Of a stretch of 44,184 nt of DNA, positions 33,859 to 41,290 are shown piece by piece. A program made the position numbers and the translations under genes. The stretch spans positions 1 through 44,184 of the forward strand of contig CAZDWM010000001.1 of assembly GCA_964509145.1 (NCBI GenBank), in the 5' to 3' direction. Under the pieces are notes generated by a model. It searched no databases. It was not told the origin of the DNA and worked only from the letters and a program-made list of their open reading frames with translations. Each line of letters opens with the position of its first letter. The first letter of the stretch is position 1. Source of the stretch: an uncultured Eubacteriales bacterium (GTDB lineage Bacteria > Bacillota > Clostridia > Oscillospirales > Acutalibacteraceae).

Positions 33859-34009
33859 TTTGTGCACTTATTGAAATTGCTACATATTTTTTGAAGAAAC
33901 CAATCAATATCTTTTTCTATGGATTTAGTAGGCGGTATATCTCGAACAGCCTCTAATATTCCATTCATCAATACCTTGAGATATTAACATGGAGAAGCGG
34001 ATACCTCTC

Positions 34010-34038
34010 TTGACGAAACGGAATATTGACAGTATAAT
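34010..34038 (+). promoter_or_regulatory. sigma-A promoter
   Basis: TTGACG (34010-34015), a 17-bp spacer, then TATAAT (34033-34038). Confidence 0.55.
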
Positions 34039-34067
34039 AAAACCATCATTGAGAGGGGTTGACGATT

Positions 34068-34922
34068 ATGGTAAAAAAAGCGACGGAAAAGAACTTTAAG
34101 ACCTATCTCGTTCTCTGGCTCGTCATGACATGTGTGTACGCCGTGTGGATGACCTTTTTCCTCAAATATGACACCTATCCGTTTAACGAATCGGGCATCA
34201 CAAGCCTCGGACTTTACATCGTTTGGGCGTGTTTTACGGTGGCCGCGCTTTTGATGTTCCTTGTGTACATTCGGGTTTTCCTTTACGGACCGACGCCCGG
34301 CAAGGCTCTAAAATATATCTGTTTCGCGGGACTTGTCGGAGGGTGCGCCTATATCACATGGTTTGGTTTTTTAAAGGATCCGTTTGTGTATACGGCAAGC
34401 ATGATAGGGCTTTACTATCCGATCGAATTCAAGCTGTGGGGTTTGATTGCCTCCTCGACGGTGTTCGCAAACGTGCTTTACATGTACCGTATAAACGGCT
34501 ACCACAGTAAAGCGGGTGTCATCTGCGGCTCCATCGGCAGCGCGGCGATTTTCGTCACCATAAATGTACCCTCCGCGGGTGAGGATTTGATTCTTAACTC
34601 CCTGCGCTGTATGTCCCACTGGACGGGCGCGCTGATGTTCGCATTTTTGCTGTCGGCGTCCATCCTCGTTTTTCTCGTGAACAAGGCAAGGCAGCGGAAC
34701 ACTCGCTACATAGTCCTGCTCACCGTTTTTACGCTGATTCTCGCGGTGATGCTTGTGTTGCTCGTCGTGGTGGGCAAGAACGGCGTCATCGAGGGTCTGC
34801 CGTCCTGGGCGGCGTACCTGCTGCTGTTCCTCGTTAACTTTACAGGCATTTTTAAGGATAAGCCGAAAGCCGTCCCGTCGGCGGCGGAAGAGAAACCCGC
34901 GCCCGAAGCGATTTTAAAATAA
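34068..34922 (+). CDS. polytopic membrane protein of unknown function
   Basis: About 8 hydrophobic spans and a Pro/Ala/Glu-rich tail. I chose the start at ATG 34068, which has GAGAGGGG upstream. Confidence 0.6.
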   Translation: MVKKATEKNFKTYLVLWLVMTCVYAVWMTFFLKYDTYPFNESGITSLGLYIVWACFTVAALLMFLVYIRVFLYGPTPGKALKYICFAGLVGGCAYITWFGFLKDPFVYTASMIGLYYPIEFKLWGLIASSTVFANVLYMYRINGYHSKAGVICGSIGSAAIFVTINVPSAGEDLILNSLRCMSHWTGALMFAFLLSASILVFLVNKARQRNTRYIVLLTVFTLILAVMLVLLVVVGKNGVIEGLPSWAAYLLLFLVNFTGIFKDKPKAVPSAAEEKPAPEAILK

Positions 34923-34945
34923 TTAACGCCATATCGTTAAGTTCA

Positions 34946-35007
34946 GTCACGGCACGCCGTGACCCTACAAAAAAGCAAAACGACGTAGGGACACGGCGTG
35001 CCGTGTC
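34946..35007. repeat. nested palindromic element (two self-complementary arms in inverted orientation)
   Basis: GTCACGGCACGCCGTGACCCTAC (34946-34968), a 16-nt A-rich spacer, then GTAGGGACACGGCGTGCCGTGTC (34985-35007). The arms match at 21 of 23 positions, and each arm is itself a hairpin. Confidence 0.6.
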
Positions 35008-35070
35008 CGCAGGATATCCGCTTGATTTTGTTCCATAATACTATTAATTTTACCGAAAGGAGACCATACA

Positions 35071-35100
35071 ATGAACATCAACAACATAAACCCAAAATAA
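35071..35100 (+). CDS. candidate leader peptide MNINNINPK upstream of the ABC-F gene
   Basis: ATG preceded by AAAGGAG with an 8-nt spacer. There are 9 sense codons and a TAA stop that ends 9 nt before the ABC-F SD. Confidence 0.45.
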   Translation: MNINNINPK

Positions 35101-35118
35101 ATAAATTTTGGAGGTTTT

Positions 35119-36609
35119 ATGTCTCTTATCAACGTTTCCCATTTGACATTTGCTTATCCCGGCAGCTTCGATAACGTGTTCACCGATGTCTCCTTCTGCC
35201 TCGACACCAACTGGCGGCTGGGGCTGACAGGTCGCAACGGCCGCGGCAAAACGACGCTGTTTCGGCTGTTGCTGGGTCAATATGATTATTCGGGTTCCAT
35301 CGAAACGGGCGGTGTATCGTTCGGATATTTTCCGCCTGTCATTGAAAACATGTCGCGCAGCACCGAGGAAATTTTGTCGAAATTCATCGACACGGGCGAG
35401 GAATGGCGGCTTTTACGCGAGCTGAACCTGCTGGCCGTTGACGAAAGTGTGCTCTTAAGACCGTTTGAAACGCTTTCGGACGGCGAAAAAACAAAAGCGC
35501 TGCTCGCGGCGATGTTCTGCGGAGAGGAACGCTTTTTGCTCATCGACGAGCCGACAAACCACCTTGACATGGCGGGGCGACAGGTCTTGAGCCTATATCT
35601 CGGCACAAAGTCGGGTTTTATGCTCGTCTCGCACGACCGTGCGCTGCTCGACGGGTGTGTCGACCACATTCTTTCCATCAATCGCGCCGACATTGAGGTA
35701 CGCAAGGGCAACTTTTCGGCGTGGCTTGAGGACAAGGAGCGCCGTGACACCGCCGAGCGCGAACAAAACGAGTGCCTTAAAAAGGACATCAAACGCCTTG
35801 AAGCCGCCGCGCGCCGGACGCAGGGATGGTCGGACGATGTGGAAAAAACAAAGTACGCCACAAGAAATTCCGGTCTGCGCCCCGACAGGGGCTACATCGG
35901 TGCGAAAGCGGCTAAGATGGCGCAGCGCTCGAAAAACCTTGAGGCGCGCCAAAGCCGTGCGCTCGAGGAAAAGTCGGTGCTGCTTAAAAACATCGACGCA
36001 TCCGACGCATTAAAGGTGAGCCAGCTTCCATACCGCGCCGAGCGGCTGCTTGAGCTGTTCGGTGTCTCCGTCTTTTACGGTGAACGAACCGTCTTTGATA
36101 ACCTAAGCTTTGAGCTATTTCGCGGCGACCGCGTAGCGCTTTTAGGGCGCAACGGCTGCGGCAAGACGAGCGTTTTAAAGCTCATCTGCGGCAATGACAT
36201 CCCATATCGCGGAACGTTTTACCGGGGCGGCGGCCTGACCGTGTCGTATGTTTCGCAGGACACATCACACCTGTGCGGCACGCTGAAGGAATATGCGGCG
36301 CTTCGCGGCGTTGATGAAACGCTGTTTAAAGCGATTCTCCGCAAGCTTGGCTTCGAGCGCGTTCAGTTTGAAAAGGACATGGCGGACTACTCCGGCGGGC
36401 AGAAGAAAAAGGTTCTCATCGCCGCGAGTCTGTGCGAAAAATCGAATCTTCTCGTCTGGGACGAGCCGCTAAACTTCATTGACGTAATTTCGCGTATGCA
36501 AATTGAAGACCTGCTGTTGAATTGTGCGCCGACCATGATTTTCGTTGAGCACGACCAGATGTTCACGCAGCATGTCGCGACAAAGACGGTGGAGCTTTCG
36601 CCGCGCTGA
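35119..36609 (+). CDS. ABC-F ribosomal protection protein, Lsa-like (ARE-ABCF)
   Basis: Two ABC ATPase domains, no TM domain, and a charged inter-domain linker. It is collinear with E. faecalis Lsa(A) as I remember it (W.LGL.GRNGRGKTTL..LL...DY.G; LS.GEKTK; IDEPTNHLD..GR; ILVSHDRA..D..VDHIL). Confidence 0.88.
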   Translation: MSLINVSHLTFAYPGSFDNVFTDVSFCLDTNWRLGLTGRNGRGKTTLFRLLLGQYDYSGSIETGGVSFGYFPPVIENMSRSTEEILSKFIDTGEEWRLLRELNLLAVDESVLLRPFETLSDGEKTKALLAAMFCGEERFLLIDEPTNHLDMAGRQVLSLYLGTKSGFMLVSHDRALLDGCVDHILSINRADIEVRKGNFSAWLEDKERRDTAEREQNECLKKDIKRLEAAARRTQGWSDDVEKTKYATRNSGLRPDRGYIGAKAAKMAQRSKNLEARQSRALEEKSVLLKNIDASDALKVSQLPYRAERLLELFGVSVFYGERTVFDNLSFELFRGDRVALLGRNGCGKTSVLKLICGNDIPYRGTFYRGGGLTVSYVSQDTSHLCGTLKEYAALRGVDETLFKAILRKLGFERVQFEKDMADYSGGQKKKVLIAASLCEKSNLLVWDEPLNFIDVISRMQIEDLLLNCAPTMIFVEHDQMFTQHVATKTVELSPR

Positions 36610-36656
36610 CAGGCAACAAGGGGCTTAAAACAGGGTATATTGTTCAGTTTTTAGGA

Positions 36657-36690
36657 AACACCGCACAAATAATTGTGCGGTGTTGTTTTA
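36657..36690 (+). terminator. intrinsic terminator of the ABC-F gene
   Basis: AACACCGCACAA - ATAA - TTGTGCGGTGTT (12-bp stem), followed by GTTTTA. Confidence 0.75.
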
Positions 36691-36754
36691 TAGTCGATTA
36701 ACTTTAAAACAGCCTAAGGATTTGTGAGGATATTTTTCGTACTGTAAGGCGGAC

Positions 36755-36777
36755 GACGAAACCAGGCTGGCGCCTGG
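36755..36777 (-). terminator. weak hairpin downstream of the AKR gene
   Basis: CCAGGC / GCCTGG 6-bp stem (36762-36777), followed on the minus strand by TTTCG. Confidence 0.3.
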
Positions 36778-36852
36778 CGAGGAGGACAACGCAACAGCAC
36801 GGAAAATAGACCGCAAAAACGGGCTGGTTTTGGAGTTAATTGACTATAGTTC

Positions 36853-37713
36853 TTATAAGGCGTCCGCAGGCGCTTCGACAGGATGGAAGCCGCTGAAGCC
36901 AACTGGCGGCATCGACTTGATGCGCAGCATGTCGTCGTCCGACAGCGCGAAGTCGAAAACCTCGGTGTTTGATAGGATGAAATCGGCGTGGGTCGACTTG
37001 GGCAGCGGCAATACGCCGCTTTGCAGAGCAAAGCATATGCAAACTTGGGCGACGGTTTTGCCGTACTTTCCGGCAATCTCCAAAAGCGTCGCATCGTTTA
37101 ACAGCCTGCCGCAGCCCAGCGGAGACCATGCCTCGACAAGAATTCCGCACTCCTGGCACCAGCGAACCGTTTCGGGCTGGTAATAGCCCGGGTGGAATTC
37201 AATCTGGTTGACAGCGGGCTTGATTTCGGCCGTTTCAAACAGCGGCGCGAGGTGTTCGGGCAAAAAATTGCTCACACCGATAGCTTTGACCTTGCCGTCG
37301 CGATAAAGCTTCTCGAAGCCGCGCCAAGTGGAGGCGTTTGTCTCGCGCCAGTTTTTATCGGCCTTTTCAACCGCAGGCCAGTGAATCAGATACAGGTCAA
37401 GATAATCTGTCCCGAGCCGCCGCAGCGAGTCCTCGACCGTCGCGACGGTTTTTTCATAGCCGCGCTCGGTAACCCAGTGCTTCGTCGTGAGAAATATCTC
37501 CCCGCGCCCGACGCCGCTCGCCTTAATGCCCTCTCCGACGCTCTCCTCATTGCCGTATATAGCGGCGGTGTCGATGTGGCGGTAACCGCACTTGATCGCC
37601 GCGATTACGCTGTTTTTAGCAGTTTCGCCCGAGGGCGTCTGCCAAGTGCCGAAGCCGATGCAGGGGATATTAACGCCGTTGTTGAGGGTGAACGTGTCTG
37701 TCAGTTTGTTCAT
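36853..37713 (-). CDS. aldo/keto reductase (2,5-diketo-D-gluconate reductase-like)
   Basis: GFGTWQ, GYRHIDTA..YGNE and LYLIHWP motifs. 286 aa. Confidence 0.9.
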   Translation of the reverse strand: MNKLTDTFTLNNGVNIPCIGFGTWQTPSGETAKNSVIAAIKCGYRHIDTAAIYGNEESVGEGIKASGVGRGEIFLTTKHWVTERGYEKTVATVEDSLRRLGTDYLDLYLIHWPAVEKADKNWRETNASTWRGFEKLYRDGKVKAIGVSNFLPEHLAPLFETAEIKPAVNQIEFHPGYYQPETVRWCQECGILVEAWSPLGCGRLLNDATLLEIAGKYGKTVAQVCICFALQSGVLPLPKSTHADFILSNTEVFDFALSDDDMLRIKSMPPVGFSGFHPVEAPADAL

Positions 37714-37764
37714 GTTATCATCCTTTCATTCGATTGAATAGTTTGTTAATTATCTCTGTAAAAT

Positions 37765-38661
37765 CTATGCAAACGATATCTTTTTTACTCCCGCAGTTTG
37801 AAGCGTTGTCAGCCACCGCTCGGCCTGTTCGTTGGTCGCGTCCCGTGCCGGAGCGAGATATTCACTTGAAAGCGCGTCGGCCTTGCCCTTACCGAGCGCG
37901 TGATAGCGCATGATTTGGGCGTACTCAAAGCTGCTCTCGTTTGCCTTTAAAAAGTCCGCCAGTGCAAGTAAATCTTCGTCGGAATCGTTCATGAACGGCA
38001 CAAGCGGCACACGCAGGACAACCCTAGCTTTAAGCGAAAACAACTCATAAAGGTTTTGAAAAATCAGCGCGTTTGAAACGCCCGTCAGCCGCCGGTGCTT
38101 TTCGTTATCGAGCGCCTTAATGTCGTAGTAAAACATAACACCCAGCGCCGCCGTGTCGCGGAAGAATTCAGGGCTGCCGAACCCGCTTGTTTCAATCACA
38201 GTTGAAAGACCAGCTTCCTTCGCCAAACGGCAGAGCGATAACACACCGTCCGGCTGCGTCGCCGGTTCGCCGCCGGAGACGGTCATGCCGCCGTCGTCGC
38301 CGTAGAATATTTTATCCCGCAGCACCTGCGCTAAAATTTCTTCCGGAGTTTCTTCTCTGCCGCAAAGCTCGTTCGCGTTGTTCATACAAACGTCAACGCA
38401 CGCGCCGCAATCAGTACACAGTTCACGCGAGACCGACATTTTACCGTCGTCTATCCGACGCGCGTCGCACAGTCCCAAGCAAAGACCGCAGGCGGTGCAT
38501 TTGTGGGCGAAGAACATCAGCTCCTTTGCGCCGTTCCGCGACTCCGGGTTGTGGCACCAGACGCAGCGCAGCGGGCAACCCTTTAAAAAGACCGCCGTGC
38601 GGATGCCCGGCCCGTCGTGCAGGCAAAACCGCTGGATATCAAAAACACTCAGCTTAATCAT
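37765..38661 (-). CDS. glycyl-radical enzyme activating protein (radical SAM)
   Basis: CPLRCVWCHNPE radical SAM cluster plus two ferredoxin-like motifs (CTACGLCLGLC, CTDCGACVDVC). An ATGA overlap couples it to the GRE gene. Confidence 0.9.
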   Translation of the reverse strand: MIKLSVFDIQRFCLHDGPGIRTAVFLKGCPLRCVWCHNPESRNGAKELMFFAHKCTACGLCLGLCDARRIDDGKMSVSRELCTDCGACVDVCMNNANELCGREETPEEILAQVLRDKIFYGDDGGMTVSGGEPATQPDGVLSLCRLAKEAGLSTVIETSGFGSPEFFRDTAALGVMFYYDIKALDNEKHRRLTGVSNALIFQNLYELFSLKARVVLRVPLVPFMNDSDEDLLALADFLKANESSFEYAQIMRYHALGKGKADALSSEYLAPARDATNEQAERWLTTLQTAGVKKISFA

Positions 38662-40838
38662 AGGGCATATGTCGTCCGGTCGATGACGTTCTGCTGCAGT
38701 TCCTTTGAAAGTCGCCAGAAATAATCGCTGTAGCCGCCCACACGCACAATCAAATTCTGATAGTTTTCCGGCGTTTTTTGCGCGGCGAGCAGCGTTTCGC
38801 GGTCGAGGACGTTAACGGACAGCTGCTGTCCGCCGCCCGCGAAATAAGTCTTTGCGACGTTGATAAATGCCGCGCGTCCTTTTTCGGTGTCGAACAGCGT
38901 TTTATCAAATTTCATCTGCGCTACAAAGCCTGAGCAAGCCTGCTTCTGGTCGTAGTGAAGCATCGACAGCACGAGCGCCGTCGGCCCTTTGCCGTCGCGG
39001 CCGGGCGTCGCGGCGATGCTGTCGGCATAGGTCGTTTCGCCGTTTCGCTTGCCGTTGGGGAGCGCCGCTGTTTTTTTCGCGTTGTCCGCCGCGCGGTTAA
39101 AGGTGCTGCACCCGCCGGTGTAGACGCCGCCGCGGAAGGTGTTCTTTGTTTTAAGATATTTGAAAAAGTAGTCGACAACCTCGGCGCACAGCTCGTCGAC
39201 CTCCGGAATGTCGTTGCCGAATTTCGGGCAGGACGCGAAGTCGTGACGCAGCCGCTCGAAACCGACAAAATCGTTTTCAAGCGCCTCAATTAGCTCGGTC
39301 ATAGTATATCGCTTCTCGTCAAATACCAGATTTTTGACTGCGTAAAGCGAATCCGCCGTGTCGGCGATGCCTTCGGTGAGAATCTGGCCGTGCCCGTAAA
39401 GCGGCCCGCCCCATTTGTAGTCGCGCCCTTTTTCGAGACAGCCCTGAATGAGGCATGAACGCAGGGGGTTGGGCGCATATCGTGCGTAGGCCTCCTGCGA
39501 CGCGTTGGCCATGCGAATGGCCGCGTCGGTGACATAATCAAGCTGCAAATAAAACAGCTTTAGAAAATCCTCAAAGGTTTTGCAGCCACGCGGGTCGCCG
39601 GACTGGCAGGAAAGCAAGTCCGCCCCGCCGGTGCTGAAGTCGTAGCCGTTGTGGAGCGTCAGATCAAGCACCTTGCCGAGATTAACTTCGCCATCCTCAA
39701 GCCCCATGTGCGACTTGCCCATGATGTCAATCTGGTTGCAGCCGTTCATGCAATAGTCGTGGCTGTCGCAAGGCGGTATACCGACAGCCTCAAGCGCCGG
39801 GCAGACGCATTCGTCGTTGTAGAGCGCGGGCAAGCCCGTCCCTGTCGCGATGCTCTCCGTCGCCTTTTTCCAGACGGCGTCGGGCGTGTTACGGTGGACA
39901 CGCAACGTGAGGTTCGGTGTGTTATATTTATAACGAAGCGCGAGGTCGAGAATCAAATAGGTCAGCTCGTTTGTCTCGTCGTTCCAGTTTTCGTCGGAGC
40001 CGGAAACGCAAAGGTTCCACGCGCGTACATTTTTCATCGCCTGCCACAGCCGCGCCATGATATTCTCCCTTTCCGGTGACGGACTGGCGCGGTAAAAGTC
40101 TATCATAAACTGGTCAAAGCGTCCGGGCGAGTCGACGCCGTCGAGCGTATAAACCATCCAGAACATCATGGCGGCGGAATACATATCGTATGCCGGTTCC
40201 ATCGGTACACGCCGGAAAGTCTCGGCTATTCGTTCGTATTCTGCTTTGTTGTCTCTATTTGTTTCCGTCTGTGCGCGCGTCGCGGTAAGCGCCGAAATCC
40301 GCCCGCCGACAATATCAAGCGAATCCATCGCCAGCCTTGCGGCGTTATAAAAGCCGTCTTTGCCTGGATTTTTGACGCGGAAGTCTTCAATGAGCCGCCG
40401 GATGCCGTTTGTTCCGAGGTGCAAAAGCCGGTCGTAGTCGGGGTTGGCGTGACCGCCCCAGCCGCCTCCCCAGCAGGCCGAGACGCGCCGGAGGTTCATG
40501 TCGGCCTCGGCGCACATCGAACGGTAGCGATAGTCGGTTTCGAACGGCTTCATCCGCTCACGGATTTCCCGCAATTCCCCGGTGTGCTCGGAATTTTCCG
40601 CAAATAACCGCTCATACTGCCCGTCGTCGATAAAAATTCCGCGCCCGAAGCGGTAGCCGACCGCGCCGTTTTCTGCTCTTTCCTCCACTGTGGGCAACAG
40701 GCAGTTGTCGGGAAAGCTTATTGGCAGAAACTTCGCCGCCTCAAGCATCCCGAAAGCCACACGCTCATTCATGGTGAGACCGCGCCGCTCAAGAAACGCC
40801 CGTGAAAACGGCTCGGCATCAAAATTATATGTCTTCAT
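38658..40838 (-). CDS. glycyl radical enzyme of the PFL2/dehydratase-like family, divergent Cys loop
   Basis: C-terminal RVGGYSDYF (Gly702), Cys loop DYCMNGCNQ (Cys367), and the family motifs WGGHANPDY, FDQFMIDFY, LRVHRNTP and LPALYNDE. 726 aa. Confidence 0.88.
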   Translation of the reverse strand: MKTYNFDAEPFSRAFLERRGLTMNERVAFGMLEAAKFLPISFPDNCLLPTVEERAENGAVGYRFGRGIFIDDGQYERLFAENSEHTGELREIRERMKPFETDYRYRSMCAEADMNLRRVSACWGGGWGGHANPDYDRLLHLGTNGIRRLIEDFRVKNPGKDGFYNAARLAMDSLDIVGGRISALTATRAQTETNRDNKAEYERIAETFRRVPMEPAYDMYSAAMMFWMVYTLDGVDSPGRFDQFMIDFYRASPSPERENIMARLWQAMKNVRAWNLCVSGSDENWNDETNELTYLILDLALRYKYNTPNLTLRVHRNTPDAVWKKATESIATGTGLPALYNDECVCPALEAVGIPPCDSHDYCMNGCNQIDIMGKSHMGLEDGEVNLGKVLDLTLHNGYDFSTGGADLLSCQSGDPRGCKTFEDFLKLFYLQLDYVTDAAIRMANASQEAYARYAPNPLRSCLIQGCLEKGRDYKWGGPLYGHGQILTEGIADTADSLYAVKNLVFDEKRYTMTELIEALENDFVGFERLRHDFASCPKFGNDIPEVDELCAEVVDYFFKYLKTKNTFRGGVYTGGCSTFNRAADNAKKTAALPNGKRNGETTYADSIAATPGRDGKGPTALVLSMLHYDQKQACSGFVAQMKFDKTLFDTEKGRAAFINVAKTYFAGGGQQLSVNVLDRETLLAAQKTPENYQNLIVRVGGYSDYFWRLSKELQQNVIDRTTYAL

Positions 40839-41029
40839 TTATCGTCTGCTCCTGCAAGCTGTGTCCTCGGTAATCTCACATCTGATTATAACGGCAAGTT
40901 ATCGGTTCATCTTTGCTATAACAGAGTTTAGCATATCAACAAAACCTTTTCAAGACAATTTTCGAGTTTACTATTTCGTGTTTTTAATGTCTTTTCTACT
41001 TCTGAACGCGGCAAAAATGTATAAAGACT

Positions 41030-41058
41030 TTGACAAAACGTTCGCTATATGTTATAAT
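41030..41058 (+). promoter_or_regulatory. consensus sigma-A promoter
   Basis: TTGACA (41030-41035), a 17-bp spacer, then TATAAT (41053-41058). Confidence 0.65.
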
Positions 41059-41064
41059 AATTAA

Positions 41065-41246
41065 GTATTCAAATATTGAAAGGGATTTGCACAGATGCTT
41101 GATCCGATTTATCGCTGAATTTTAGCTCATAAGACCTTAAATGGCTGTCCGCGGACGGTCTGGGTTTTCTGTAGGCTAAAAACGCGTTAATCGTCAAGCT
41201 GTGTGAATGCCCTTTGCGGCGGCACACTGTTTCGGTGTGCTTTTTT
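41065..41246 (+). promoter_or_regulatory. structured 5' leader ending in an intrinsic terminator (riboswitch/attenuator candidate, class not recognised)
   Basis: Nested helices: 41097-41109/41189-41199, 41120-41126/41175-41181 and 41132-41136/41157-41161. Terminator GCACACTG-TTT-CGGTGTGC followed by TTTTTT (41222-41246). The alternative pairing GTGTG (41201-41205) with CACAC (41223-41227) is possible. Confidence 0.5.
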
Positions 41247-41290
41247 GTTGACACAGCGCCTAACAATCAATATTTGAAATGAGGAAAATT

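Noticed and set aside
41065-41246. I asked whether the leader is a ZTP (pfl-motif) riboswitch, given the neighbouring PFL-like enzyme, or a c-di-AMP (ydaO) riboswitch, given darA in the window.
   Set aside because: The leader points away from the GRE operon. It lacks the ZTP GGGUCGUGACUGGCG...CCGCCUGGGC elements and the ydaO GGGGACCC/ACGGGG repeats. The only resemblances are short (ATCGCTGAA, GGTCTGGG).
40690-41266. ORFs 40690-41064 (+, 124 aa) and 41069-41266 (-, 65 aa) in the GRE upstream region.
   Set aside because: The first is antisense to the GRE N-terminus and then runs through the AT-rich promoter region. The second is antisense to the structured leader and terminator. Neither has an SD or a recognisable fold.
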